A stretch of 64,000 bases of DNA from a virus: positions 1 through 64,000 of the IMG/VR virus record IMGVR_UViG_3300028029_000006; one strand, written 5' to 3'. This document shows positions 1 through 10,381 of the stretch, in pieces; positions within the stretch are counted from its first letter, which is position 1, and every line of letters starts with the position of its first letter. Below the pieces are notes generated by a model. The model saw only the letters and a program-made list of their open reading frames with translations. It was not told where the DNA came from and searched no databases. Both the position numbers and the translations under genes were made by a program.

Positions 1-2
1 AT

Positions 3-515
3 CTTTTTTTTCATTTTCATAACCTTATAATTCCTTTAATAGATGATTATGGTAATATAATTACATTAGCCGGTAGAACAATTATAGATGAAGATGAACA
101 AAAAAATCTTAAAATAAAAAAATATAAAAACGCTCCTTTTAAGAAGCAGTTGCATTTATTTGGTCTTAATGAGGCCAGCAAGACAATTGAGTCTAAGGAC
201 TCTGTAATAATTGTAGAAGGCCAATTTGATTGTATTAAATGTCATCAGATTGGTCTTTTAAATACTGTAGCTTTAACTGGGTCTGATCTTTCTATGCAAC
301 AAATATTCATATTAAAACGCAAAACCAATAATTTTTATTTATTAATGGATAATGATAAAGCTGGAGAAAGAGCTGTTGAAAAAGTTATTAAGAATTATTC
401 TAAATTCATAAACATAAAAACCATTAAATTACCAAAACAATATAATGATGTAGATAGTTTTATAGTAAAATCTACAGATAAAGAAATTAAAAATAATTTT
501 CAAAGTTATTTTTAA
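3..515 (+). CDS. dnaG: DNA primase, DnaG-type (Toprim), 5'-truncated by window edge
   Basis: Frame open from position 3 (LFFHFHNLIIPLIDDYGNIITLAGR..KYKN); Toprim motifs IIVEGQFD and MDNDKAG; C-terminal DVD. Confidence 0.9.
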   Translation, partial: LFFHFHNLIIPLIDDYGNIITLAGRTIIDEDEQKNLKIKKYKNAPFKKQLHLFGLNEASKTIESKDSVIIVEGQFDCIKCHQIGLLNTVALTGSDLSMQQIFILKRKTNNFYLLMDNDKAGERAVEKVIKNYSKFINIKTIKLPKQYNDVDSFIVKSTDKEIKNNFQSYF

Positions 516-556
516 CCGCTATATAACATATGTAAACTTATAATTAAAGGATAATA

Positions 557-1024
557 ATGGTAAAAATAAAAGTTAATCGTGATTTCACTAAAAATCGTAG
601 TGATAAATATCAACATGTTTTAGTTGAATCATGCTGTTCTCCAAATATCTTAACTGAGTTTGCTGAAAGCCGTGGTTTTGCTACACTTTTAAATTTAACA
701 ACTAATAATGAAAAGATGTATGATTTAAAAGAAGAACTTAAAGTTGAGTTTTGGAGGATTATGAAAGATGTTTTAACTAATAGGCAGTATGAAGTTATTA
801 AACTTTCAGCAGATGGGCTTACTCAAATTGAAATTGCTAAGATGTTAAAAGTGAACCAATCCAGCATAACGAAATCAATAAATGGAAATTGTGATTATCG
901 AAACGATAAGAAAAAGATTTATGGTGGAGCCAAAAAGAAACTCAGAAAAGCCGCAGCCGAAGATGAAAAAATCCAAGAAATATTAGATAGAATGAGAGAT
1001 CTGGTTGATGACGCAACTCTATAA
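557..1024 (+). CDS. HTH protein, sigma70 region-4/LuxR-like; possible phage transcription factor
   Basis: LTNRQYEVIKL..DGLTQIEIAKMLKVNQSSITK; SD aagga upstream. Confidence 0.7.
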   Translation: MVKIKVNRDFTKNRSDKYQHVLVESCCSPNILTEFAESRGFATLLNLTTNNEKMYDLKEELKVEFWRIMKDVLTNRQYEVIKLSADGLTQIEIAKMLKVNQSSITKSINGNCDYRNDKKKIYGGAKKKLRKAAAEDEKIQEILDRMRDLVDDATL

Positions 1025-1787
1025 AGAATGCTCTATATGTAAAGAAGAAAAATCTGTTGATGATTTTTTTAAACGAAAATTAAAATCTGGTAAAATATCA
1101 AGGGTTTATGCATGTAAACCTTGTTATAAAATCATCAACAAAAATAATAAAAAGAAAGATAAAGAATTAATTAAAAAAAATAAGAAATATATACTTAAAA
1201 GTAGAAATAAAAAATTAATTAAAAAAAACAAAAAAGAATATTATCTTAAAAATAAGGAACGTATACTTAAAAGTAGAAAAGAATACTACCTTAAAAATAA
1301 AGATGATATTCTTAAAAAGAAAAAAGAAAAAAGAGGAACTCCAGCTTATAAAGCTTGGAAATTAAAAAATAAAGATAGGCATAGAGAGCAAAGAAAGCTT
1401 CATGATCAAAAAAGAAGGCTAAACGATAAAAGTTATAAATTACGAAAAAATGTCAGCAAATCAATTAATGACGCCTTAAAAGCTCAAGGAAGTTCTAAAG
1501 CTGGACAATCTATTATTAACTATTTGCCTTATAGTGTTATTGAATTAAAAACACATCTAGAATCTTTGTTTGAAAACTGGATGTATTGGGATAATTGGGG
1601 AGTTTATAATCCTTATACATGGGATGATAATGATTCATCAACTTGGATATGGCATATTGATCATATTATTCCACAATCAAAATTACTTTATGATTCAATG
1701 AATAATTCTAATTTTCAAAAATGTTGGAGTTTAGATAATTTAAGACCTTTATCTGCTAAAGAGAATATACTTAAAGGGGACTCATAG
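1005..1787 (+). CDS. HNH homing-type endonuclease with N-terminal Zn finger and Lys-rich repeats
   Basis: CSIC..CKPC; repeated KEYYLKNK; C-terminal WHIDHIIP..CWSLDNLRPLSAKENILKG. Confidence 0.85.
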   Translation: MMTQLYKECSICKEEKSVDDFFKRKLKSGKISRVYACKPCYKIINKNNKKKDKELIKKNKKYILKSRNKKLIKKNKKEYYLKNKERILKSRKEYYLKNKDDILKKKKEKRGTPAYKAWKLKNKDRHREQRKLHDQKRRLNDKSYKLRKNVSKSINDALKAQGSSKAGQSIINYLPYSVIELKTHLESLFENWMYWDNWGVYNPYTWDDNDSSTWIWHIDHIIPQSKLLYDSMNNSNFQKCWSLDNLRPLSAKENILKGDS

Positions 1788-1856
1788 GCATAAATATTCA
1801 TTTTAAAGAACATGTAATTATCAGGTATATTATTATACATGTCTTTAGGAGTTAAT

Positions 1857-2327
1857 ATGAATAAATTTGCTGTTAATTATAAAACATTAGGAGATGAACT
1901 TAAGGATAAACCTAAAGTTTTTAGATTAGCTGATGTTCAACATAAATTGAAGAAAGTAGCATTTGATGTTGTTAAGTTTCATGATTCTGATGGTTTAGAT
2001 GGTTTATGGCAAATCAAGCAAACTGATGAAGGAGAATATATTGTAGCAATGTATGACGAATCTGAAACTGCACTTGTATCTGAAGCCTCATCTCCTTGGA
2101 AAGCCATAGCTGAAGATGATTGTATCCATGTATTTTATAAAGATGAAGCAGTAACCAAATTATCATTAGCTTCGATGGGAATTTCCAAAGAAGATTTTAG
2201 AGAAGTAGCCAGCCAATTACCTGATTCTTTAGCTTCTAACAAGAAGTTAGTTACCAGCATGTTAAAAGAACTAAGTGATGAGGGTCGAAAAGAACTTTTT
2301 GTAAGTTACCCAGAGTTGCAGGACTAA
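1857..2327 (+). CDS. Hypothetical head-region protein
   Basis: ATG 1857 after SD aggag; K-x-A motifs (NKFA, KKVA). Confidence 0.6.
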   Translation: MNKFAVNYKTLGDELKDKPKVFRLADVQHKLKKVAFDVVKFHDSDGLDGLWQIKQTDEGEYIVAMYDESETALVSEASSPWKAIAEDDCIHVFYKDEAVTKLSLASMGISKEDFREVASQLPDSLASNKKLVTSMLKELSDEGRKELFVSYPELQD

Positions 2328-2328
2328 T

Positions 2329-3981
2329 ATGAGTTATAACGAACTAAGCAAAATTCAAAATCTCGTCTCAAAAGCATCTCAAGCCGTTTTTCTTAATGAG
2401 AAATTGCCAATTGGTATTTTGGCAGTAAAAGCAAAAAGAGTGGCTGAAGGTTACCCACGTGATACCACTTGTATTAGTATGTATAGGTTTCTATCTAAAA
2501 AATCTGAAAATTCAAGAGATATATTTATATCTCGGGGTGAATTTAAAGACGTATATAATAAATTATATTCTAATAATAATAAGTTTGCATCTTTTTTTAA
2601 AGAAGAATTAGGTCTAGTAGATAGACCTGATCCTTCTAATGTTATGAAACGTGATGTGAAAGAAAATCATATGCTGACTGATTTGCATGATAAAATGGCG
2701 AAAAACTTTAACACCTCTGCATTTGAAGCGTTTTCAGAAGAATTAGGAGCCGTTCTTGATAATAAACCAATTCTAGGATACTCTCAAGAGAATGCGAAAT
2801 TAGCTAAAAAAACTTGTGCACGAGAATTAAATAGTCTTGGATTGTTACCAAAAGATATTTCAGTAGTTGTAGGACAAAAGGATTTACTTATTTGCGAAGC
2901 TACTTACGAGACTCCTAAAGGAACTACATCAGTTCTTATTCCAGTTGAAATTAAACAAGGTTTAATTATTCCACCTGGTATGTTTCTTTCTACAGCTGGC
3001 TTTGTTAATTTAACAAGTAATACTGTGAAGCAACATTTACAAGCAACAGCAGGTAAAAAGTTTCAGGTTAATTCACAAGAACTTTTAAAGAAAATTTCTC
3101 AAGTAAAAAACAGCGGAAAAAAAGTTAGCGAAGTTGAGCAAATTGTTCGGCAAGCATCTTTATCTAAAGGAACTAATATTTTAGCTGGATCTGAAGGAAT
3201 TTTACTAAAAGAAATTGATCCAGCTCATCCTGATGTTAAGTTATCAGCACCAAAATCCAATAAGGAAATTGATTCAATTGCTGATTATCTTAATTCTCAA
3301 GATGGTGCAGCTGAATTTATATTTGGTCGTTCAGCTTTAGAAATGGGTAGAAGCATGTTATCTTTAGCTTTGAAAAGAGCTGGATTCAAAGCTCCTCAAA
3401 TCACAGTATCGGGAAGTCAAAAAGATTCTATAACATACGCAATTGCTGTAGGTCAATTTGGGTTTAAAACTAATATTAAATTTGTTGATAGAAAACCGGT
3501 ACCTCCTAAAGTGGTTGTTGCTAATGGTATGGTTTATGATTTTAGCGTAAAAGGTCTTAATAAACTTGTTGCTTCTGGGGCGACAGATCCTACTGCATTA
3601 GTAGTTAATTCTCCCAATTACAAAGTTAAACCAAGTGAATTGGTTAATCAAGTAAGAAGAGCTATGACAGAGAATAACTTTGATGTAGCTACAGACGCGC
3701 TTCATGTCCTCAAGCACTCAGGAGATGATGTAGCTTACAGAACGGCTTACAACTTGTTTGTGACTGGATTACAAGGTAAGACAGCTGCTGAAAAGACTAC
3801 TTGTTCAAAACCAGTTAAGCTTAGTTCTTCTCAAAAAGTTATTTGCAGTCATACTGGTTTGCCATTAGATAAGGTTTATCAAGATAAGCATGGTGATTGT
3901 GCACCTCTTTATCGAAGAGGGATGGAAGATACTTCCACTGAAGGTGTTTCCATGATTACTAGCCGTATTTATTTTGAATAA
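2329..3981 (+). CDS. Hypothetical head-region protein (550 aa), Cys/His motif near C-terminus
   Basis: Long ORF, tightly packed operon; CSHTG..GDC. Confidence 0.6.
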   Translation: MSYNELSKIQNLVSKASQAVFLNEKLPIGILAVKAKRVAEGYPRDTTCISMYRFLSKKSENSRDIFISRGEFKDVYNKLYSNNNKFASFFKEELGLVDRPDPSNVMKRDVKENHMLTDLHDKMAKNFNTSAFEAFSEELGAVLDNKPILGYSQENAKLAKKTCARELNSLGLLPKDISVVVGQKDLLICEATYETPKGTTSVLIPVEIKQGLIIPPGMFLSTAGFVNLTSNTVKQHLQATAGKKFQVNSQELLKKISQVKNSGKKVSEVEQIVRQASLSKGTNILAGSEGILLKEIDPAHPDVKLSAPKSNKEIDSIADYLNSQDGAAEFIFGRSALEMGRSMLSLALKRAGFKAPQITVSGSQKDSITYAIAVGQFGFKTNIKFVDRKPVPPKVVVANGMVYDFSVKGLNKLVASGATDPTALVVNSPNYKVKPSELVNQVRRAMTENNFDVATDALHVLKHSGDDVAYRTAYNLFVTGLQGKTAAEKTTCSKPVKLSSSQKVICSHTGLPLDKVYQDKHGDCAPLYRRGMEDTSTEGVSMITSRIYFE

Positions 3982-3990
3982 GGAGATATA

Positions 3991-4740
3991 ATGGGACTTA
4001 AAAATAAACTCCAAGATTTATATGACGAATTAACAAGTCATGATAATGAAATTTTAGTTTTAGCTGAAGAGAGTAATAACCCTGCTTTGTTAGAAGTAGT
4101 AGCTTACAATCTTGGTTACGCGGCCGAATCAATTAAAAATGCAATTAATGATGCTGAACATTTTCAGGATTTAAAGAAAAAATCTGAAGAAGTATTAACT
4201 CATGATAAAATTGATGAATTGGCAGCTTTTGCTACTGATTTGGATATGAGTTGTGATGAAGAATTACAAAGTAAAGCAGCTGTTATTGATCAGTTGCTTC
4301 TTAATATGGGTGTAAAAAAAACATTTGAGCAAGTTGAAAAGTCTGCCCAAGAAGAAGAAATCGCCAAATTAAGAGAGAAATATCGCGAAAAATCTTTAGA
4401 GAGACCTTATAATTTTCCTTCTGAAGAACTTGATCGTGATATTAAATCTGCAGAAGCAGTAAAAGCAATTAAAGATACAATTAAAGAATATCGCCCAATG
4501 GAAACTGCGCTAAGTACTCGTTACTGCCCAGACCATCCTGGCACTTCAGTAATGAGAGTTGCTGATGATACTTATCAATGTCCTTTAGATAAGTCGATAT
4601 ATAACTATCGTGAAGGTTTTACAACAATGAAAGGTAATAAAGTGCCCGGAACTGATGTGCAAAATCAAACTCAAAATCTGGGTGATAGAAATTTGGAAGA
4701 AATGAATTTCAGCACTCGTGAAAGTAAGTTGAATCAATAA
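3991..4740 (+). CDS. Hypothetical head-region protein with Zn-ribbon-like motif
   Basis: SD aaggag; RYCPDHPG..YQCPLD; carries the shared helical-hairpin module. Confidence 0.6.
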   Translation: MGLKNKLQDLYDELTSHDNEILVLAEESNNPALLEVVAYNLGYAAESIKNAINDAEHFQDLKKKSEEVLTHDKIDELAAFATDLDMSCDEELQSKAAVIDQLLLNMGVKKTFEQVEKSAQEEEIAKLREKYREKSLERPYNFPSEELDRDIKSAEAVKAIKDTIKEYRPMETALSTRYCPDHPGTSVMRVADDTYQCPLDKSIYNYREGFTTMKGNKVPGTDVQNQTQNLGDRNLEEMNFSTRESKLNQ

Positions 4741-5468
4741 TGGCAGAATTTGGATTAATAAAGGATCATCCTGATAGTAAAGAGATTTTAAGTAAATTAC
4801 TATCAGGGTCAAGCCCTAAAGACGTTGGTCAATGGTTAAAGATAAAATATCCTAACAGGAACCAATCTCACTTAAGATTAAGCCAAAAGCTTCTTAAAGA
4901 ATTTAATGATAGCCAATACACAAGCTATTATGACCAATTTAAAGAAGATCTTTCTGCTTTATCTAATCCAAATAAAAAAGATGATAAAGAACTTTCATTT
5001 GCTTTAACGAATATAAAGCCTTATCGTATTCGAATGGAAGAGTTGGCAGATAAAGAGCTTAACACTCTTGTTACTGTTGAAAAAAACATGGGTATTGTGT
5101 TAACTCGTATTGAACAAATGTACGATTTAATTCAAAATAATCCAACAGATTTTAAATTAGATCATACATTCATAAAATATCAAGCTTTACTTAACAGTGG
5201 ATTAGAAACCATTGAGAGAATGAAGATAAGCTCAGTAGACTCATTAACTGATCATAACTTCACAGTGCAGGCTATGCAAGAAAATGTTATGGTTATGCAA
5301 GATGCTATTCGTGAAACAATGGCCGAAGTAGATCCTGAGCTATCATCTATCTTTATGGATAAATTATATAATAAATTAAATGAACTAGAACCAGCTAAAG
5401 CTTTATCTTCAGATCAAAAAGCAAGAGAAGCCCAAAAATTTGAAGCAAAAGTTCTTAAAGAAACCTAA
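4740..5468 (+). CDS. HTH/coiled-coil protein, candidate terminase small subunit
   Basis: N-terminal HPDSKEILSKLLSGSSPKDVGQWL HTH-like segment then helices; TerS role is inference only. Confidence 0.35.
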   Translation: MAEFGLIKDHPDSKEILSKLLSGSSPKDVGQWLKIKYPNRNQSHLRLSQKLLKEFNDSQYTSYYDQFKEDLSALSNPNKKDDKELSFALTNIKPYRIRMEELADKELNTLVTVEKNMGIVLTRIEQMYDLIQNNPTDFKLDHTFIKYQALLNSGLETIERMKISSVDSLTDHNFTVQAMQENVMVMQDAIRETMAEVDPELSSIFMDKLYNKLNELEPAKALSSDQKAREAQKFEAKVLKET

Positions 5469-5479
5469 GTGGTAATTAA

Positions 5480-7327
5480 ATGGTATACTTTAGAGGTAAA
5501 CCATTGAAGTATTCTGTATTACAAAAACTAGCTAAACTAACCAATAGCCATGAAATAAATGATTATTTTCATGATAAATTATATGATAGGTTAGATAGGT
5601 TTCCTTCAGAAGATCAAGATAAAATGATTAGTGAAGCGGTAGTTTTAACTAGCGTTGGGGTTAAATCTGAAGAAGATCATAAAATTATAGCTTATATTAG
5701 ACAGCATATTCGTTGTGTTGCGGAAGATATTTCTGGATTAAAATTGTCTCCAGAATTATTGGCAAAAATATCTAAAAACATCTTTGGTTATAGAGATCAA
5801 CAACCTCTAAATACTGTTGCTAAATTTTACCAAACAGTTGCAAAGGAGCTGTGTAAGTTGGGTTTAAGAAAACAATCTTATCCTAATAGAGATGACGGAC
5901 AATTAACACAAAGCCCTCATAATTTAGATAAATGGATGTCTTCAATGAAAGATATGTATTATACAATACATGAAGGCTTATCATTTAAACAAGCTTTTGA
6001 TAGCGTAACCAATGATTGGGAAAAAATGGAAAAGAATGATTTTGAAAATTGGCTTAGCTTTTATCAACAAGGCACGCAAAATAAATATAAAACTGCTCAA
6101 AAAGCAAATATACCTCACAATAATTTAGTTGCTAGACTTCCTGGAATGCCATCAATTGATAGGTATGAATCCAAAAAGAAGATGGATGATGATTTAAGTA
6201 AATTAAAAGACTTAAAAAAGAATGAAGAAAGTACTGCTAGAAAAGAGGATTTAAGAAGTAAAATTATTAGCAGATTAAATGCTGCAGAAAAATTAGTTTC
6301 TAATCCAAGCATTCAAAAAGATTTAAACAGTGCTATTGATATGGATTTAAGTAAATGGTTAGAAACTTTACATTACCTAAAAAGAATAATTCAAATTTCC
6401 AATGTTAAAAGTGCCTCTTCTCCAATTCTTTTGGATCTAGTTGTTAAGCAAGGCAACCAATTAAACGCAGAAGGTTATCCTAAAGCAGGGTTTTTCTTAA
6501 AAAAATTAGCTCAAGAAATAAAACAAAAACCTGCAGCCGTACCTCAAGCTCCGCCTTTAAGCCCCTCTAAAGAATCTAAATTAGATGAAGCACCTCCAGC
6601 GCCAACTGAAGTGCCGGAAGCTGTTTTAGCCCCTATTGAGGACGAAGGCGCAGCAATGGAAGACTTTGTTAAGAAGATGAATAATGAATTCACCGAAGAT
6701 GAAGCTGACATTGATGACATTGATGATGAAGTAATTACAGTAACAGCTCAAGCTTTGCCTGAATTTCCGTTGGAAGAAGAACCTATTATTGAAGTTGGTG
6801 AAGATCCTCCACCCCCACCTCAACCACTTCCTGAACCAGAAACGAATCCTAGTGATATTTCCGAAGTTTTAAAAAACGTCACTTTGCCAAAAGTTATTGA
6901 TAGATTAGAAGTGGTGGCAGATATTTTAAGAAAAAGAGATATTCCTAGAGAATTATCTGTGGTTGATTTGATGCTTAACGAATTAAATATGAGTGGTTTT
7001 TTTCCTGCATTAGCTGAATCTCAAAAATCTGCCCTTGATTCAAATCAATATATGACATCTCGTGTTGATGAAGTTTTATCTAAACTTAGGAGTTCAATTC
7101 AAGTTGTGTCACCAATTGATTTAGAAACTGAACATAAAAAAGATAATCCTATTTTAGAGCAAGTAAGAGATAATTTAGAGAAATCTGAAGAAATAGAAAG
7201 AGCTAAACAGGATAAAAGAAAAGCTGACCGACAAGCAAAAGAAATGGAAGAGCTTGAGCAGGAACAAGCTGTACAAGATCTTGGCGCACCTGTTGAAATA
7301 AAACAAAGCCCATCTAGAGTTATGTAA
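5480..7327 (+). CDS. Hypothetical head-region protein with Pro/acidic linker
   Basis: 615-aa ORF; KTAQ, KSAS, KLAQ motifs. Confidence 0.6.
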   Translation: MVYFRGKPLKYSVLQKLAKLTNSHEINDYFHDKLYDRLDRFPSEDQDKMISEAVVLTSVGVKSEEDHKIIAYIRQHIRCVAEDISGLKLSPELLAKISKNIFGYRDQQPLNTVAKFYQTVAKELCKLGLRKQSYPNRDDGQLTQSPHNLDKWMSSMKDMYYTIHEGLSFKQAFDSVTNDWEKMEKNDFENWLSFYQQGTQNKYKTAQKANIPHNNLVARLPGMPSIDRYESKKKMDDDLSKLKDLKKNEESTARKEDLRSKIISRLNAAEKLVSNPSIQKDLNSAIDMDLSKWLETLHYLKRIIQISNVKSASSPILLDLVVKQGNQLNAEGYPKAGFFLKKLAQEIKQKPAAVPQAPPLSPSKESKLDEAPPAPTEVPEAVLAPIEDEGAAMEDFVKKMNNEFTEDEADIDDIDDEVITVTAQALPEFPLEEEPIIEVGEDPPPPPQPLPEPETNPSDISEVLKNVTLPKVIDRLEVVADILRKRDIPRELSVVDLMLNELNMSGFFPALAESQKSALDSNQYMTSRVDEVLSKLRSSIQVVSPIDLETEHKKDNPILEQVRDNLEKSEEIERAKQDKRKADRQAKEMEELEQEQAVQDLGAPVEIKQSPSRVM

Positions 7328-8064
7328 TGAAATTAAGAGAATTACTTCTAGCGATTGATAAGATAGCTGAAGATAAAGGTTTTTCCAAGCCTTATATCGT
7401 TGGCGGTCTTACGCGAGATAAACTTATGGGTAGAGAAGATGATATTAATGATGTTGATATTACCACTGGTGATGAAACGATTTATTATCTAGCTAGGCAT
7501 GTTAGTAATGCTATAACTGGCCCAAATATTACATTTACAGTTATGGATGATGGTCACTCTAAAATTAAAATAAGTGGATTCAAAATAGATTTTTCTAGTA
7601 ATTTTAATTTACCACATATTGAAGATTATTTAGTTAAATATGGTATTACTAATCCTACTAGTATGGAAAGAGAACTTTATAGTAGAGATTTTACATGTAA
7701 TACATCTTTAATGACTTTAGATTTAAAGGAAATTATTGATCCGACTGGATTAGCAATTGAAGATATTAAAGATAAAATTATTAAAACATGTTTAAGCCCA
7801 ACTCTTACATTAGGTTATGACAATAAAAGAATTGTTAGAGCTATTTATTTGGCTGGAAAATTAGGTTTTGACATTGATTCTAAATCAAAAGATTGGATTA
7901 AACGTCATCCGCAACTAATTGCAAACTCTGGAGCAGATTATATTGAGAAAAAATTCTTAAAAGGAATGAGATATAATCCTGAAATAATAATTTCATTAAT
8001 AAATGAATTGGGCGTTGGTCCTTATTTACCATTAATGCCAGAAATAACTCCTTACTTAAAATAA
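7327..8064 (+). CDS. CCA-adding enzyme/poly(A) polymerase-family nucleotidyltransferase (minimal)
   Basis: VGGLTRDKLMG..DVDITT, SRDFTCN, DPTG, DNKRIVRA: class II NTase head-domain motifs. Confidence 0.85.
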   Translation: MKLRELLLAIDKIAEDKGFSKPYIVGGLTRDKLMGREDDINDVDITTGDETIYYLARHVSNAITGPNITFTVMDDGHSKIKISGFKIDFSSNFNLPHIEDYLVKYGITNPTSMERELYSRDFTCNTSLMTLDLKEIIDPTGLAIEDIKDKIIKTCLSPTLTLGYDNKRIVRAIYLAGKLGFDIDSKSKDWIKRHPQLIANSGADYIEKKFLKGMRYNPEIIISLINELGVGPYLPLMPEITPYLK

Positions 8065-8070
8065 AAAAAA

Positions 8071-8310
8071 ATGGTTAAAAAGAAAAATAAACGTGTAGAT
8101 TTAGATGTTAGACCAAACCCATCACCACTGTTTCAAAATTATGATTATGGTGGGCCAGAAGATGGTTCAGAAATTAGTCCAGGAACTGGTCTTTACAATG
8201 GCGAAATGGATAAATATGATAGTGTTGAAGATTTCTTAGAAAAAGCTAGGAAAAGAAAACACAGAAAAGAAGCGCTTTTAATGTTAGTTAAAAAAATAGC
8301 AAATGAGTAA
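8071..8310 (+). CDS. Small hypothetical protein
   Basis: 79-aa ORF overlapping next gene; ends KKIANE. Confidence 0.55.
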   Translation: MVKKKNKRVDLDVRPNPSPLFQNYDYGGPEDGSEISPGTGLYNGEMDKYDSVEDFLEKARKRKHRKEALLMLVKKIANE

Positions 8311-8749
8311 AAAAATACGAAAACTAGCTGTTATCAGATCAGATAACGACCAAAAATGTCCATATGGATTACCTATTTCTAGTGCTTGTCAAAATGTGGG
8401 AGAGGTTATTTATAGAATGGCTCCTATTGATGTTTTAGGATCAGATAGTTCTGAAGAAGAAAAATTTGAAATAACTGAAGCTAATAATCACTTATATAGA
8501 TGGAAATCTGAAGGAGAACAATGCCCATTTGCTGGGAAAATTTTCAAAAAAATATCTGGAACTGTTGAATGTAATTGGGGATCTAATGCTCCAGGACAAG
8601 CACCTAACAGTTTAAAAGGTTCTCCATTATTTTGGCGAATGTTTGGTGGAGGAGAAAATGTTGGCTTAAATGGATTATTTAGTTATCCATTAAATATGTA
8701 TTACGCTCCATTCTCAATTGAGTCAATGTATAATGATGATGAAGATTAA
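8303..8749 (+). CDS. Cys-containing hypothetical protein
   Basis: CPYG..C..CPFAG..C; RKLA near N-terminus. Confidence 0.55.
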   Translation: MSKKIRKLAVIRSDNDQKCPYGLPISSACQNVGEVIYRMAPIDVLGSDSSEEEKFEITEANNHLYRWKSEGEQCPFAGKIFKKISGTVECNWGSNAPGQAPNSLKGSPLFWRMFGGGENVGLNGLFSYPLNMYYAPFSIESMYNDDED

Positions 8750-8804
8750 ACGAATATTGTTCAACTAATAAAAAGTAATATAAATAGAATACCTACAGCT
8801 TATA

Positions 8805-9716
8805 GTGAGAAATATGAATTTAGCAAAAAAAGCACAAATTAATTTAGATGGAATGAGTATTCCTATGTTAGAACCAGAGGTTCCAGAAGTTGTTGATGAT
8901 TTCACTATGGTTTATAAAGATTTTTCTATGGCTAATGATGAACCAGAAGAAGTTTTAATTCATTTAGATGAAGATGACGTTATTCCTGAAATGTTTAATT
9001 TCACATTACCTATGGTTCCTGGTGGAGATGACCAAAGCGCCTTTGAACCATCTATTATTGAAGTAGAGGATCAAGAAGATATCGAAGTAGAAAGCGATCC
9101 TTGGAGATGGTCAGTTAGCAATTTTCTTCCTTGGCTTCAAGGAATGCTTAATAATATTCCTAGACATACAGGTCGTGATTCATCTGGCTTAGAACGAGCT
9201 ATTTCTTATTTAGAAGCTCTTGATAAAGAAATTTCAAAAGCTGTTCGAATGGATCTTAAAAATCAAATTGCAATTGACGCTGTCGAACAGGCTAGAGAAG
9301 AAATTCACAAAGGTCTTGAGCGTTTATATGATCGTTATGAAAAAGTTATGGCGAACAGATACCCTAAACGTAAAGGCAAAGCCAAGAAAAAGAAAGCGGA
9401 CTTTGACGGTGAAGGGTTAACAAAAGAAGCAGGAACAGATCGTGTTAATGGTATTTCCGTTACTGTTCCGCTATTAATTTCTGGAATTGTTAGAACTTGT
9501 ATTAACTCTATGGTTAGTGCTGGTAAAGATATTGAAGATTGCTTTGAAGGTTTGTCTAAAAAATATAATTTAACTAATAGGGAAATATTTGAATCTTTTC
9601 AGTTATTTAGCGATATGGGTTATTCAATTCGTAGACCTCGTGGATATGATTTAGATGAAGAAATTGATACATCTTCTACCGATAATAATGATATAATGGC
9701 ACAATACCCTGGATGA
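8805..9716 (+). CDS. Hypothetical head-region protein, acidic N-terminus (likely start ATG 8814)
   Basis: KKAQ, KKAD, KEAG motifs. Confidence 0.6.
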   Translation: MRNMNLAKKAQINLDGMSIPMLEPEVPEVVDDFTMVYKDFSMANDEPEEVLIHLDEDDVIPEMFNFTLPMVPGGDDQSAFEPSIIEVEDQEDIEVESDPWRWSVSNFLPWLQGMLNNIPRHTGRDSSGLERAISYLEALDKEISKAVRMDLKNQIAIDAVEQAREEIHKGLERLYDRYEKVMANRYPKRKGKAKKKKADFDGEGLTKEAGTDRVNGISVTVPLLISGIVRTCINSMVSAGKDIEDCFEGLSKKYNLTNREIFESFQLFSDMGYSIRRPRGYDLDEEIDTSSTDNNDIMAQYPG

Positions 9717-9723
9717 GGATTAA

Positions 9724-10350
9724 ATGAGCAGATCAAATAAAATTCAAAGAGACTCTTTTAATTATGTACGAAGTGAAAGGGTAGATTGGATTGATCAATT
9801 TGCTGATAGTATTGAAAAAGCATCAAAAACCGCTGTAGAAGTGGCTAGAGAGCGCAATCAGTCATCAATACAAGATCAAATCAACTCTATAATCAATAAC
9901 AAACCAGCTAATAGCCATCATACTGTAGAAGGTATTGTTCAGGAAATGCAAGAAAGAGCAGGTTTAAAACAATACCTGCAAAGCATGATTGATGATAAAA
10001 GCTCAAAAACGGCTGAACAAAAACTTTTCCCCAAATTATCTGATGATATTGAAGACAATATAAAGATTTATATTGAAAACAATGTTAAAACTCACAGAGG
10101 TCAAATAACTGTCCCAGCAGTTCAATATGATATTTTATCTGTTTTTAAAAATAGCGGGTTGATGCCTGAAGATGTTGATAGTTTAGTAGTTGGGACTTAT
10201 ATTAATAATATAATTGCAAGAGAACAGCAAATGAATACCACTCAATTTACCAGTCCAGACATTGGAAAAGGAGTTGGAGTTATTGATGTTGATCATAATG
10301 ACTCAAATAATACAGATTTCATGAAAGGTATGATGCCAAATAATGACTAA
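9724..10350 (+). CDS. Hypothetical head-region protein
   Basis: SD gagga; two SKTA motifs. Confidence 0.6.
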   Translation: MSRSNKIQRDSFNYVRSERVDWIDQFADSIEKASKTAVEVARERNQSSIQDQINSIINNKPANSHHTVEGIVQEMQERAGLKQYLQSMIDDKSSKTAEQKLFPKLSDDIEDNIKIYIENNVKTHRGQITVPAVQYDILSVFKNSGLMPEDVDSLVVGTYINNIIAREQQMNTTQFTSPDIGKGVGVIDVDHNDSNNTDFMKGMMPNND

Positions 10351-10381
10351 TTAGCTTATATTCATATTATAACATGAATAT

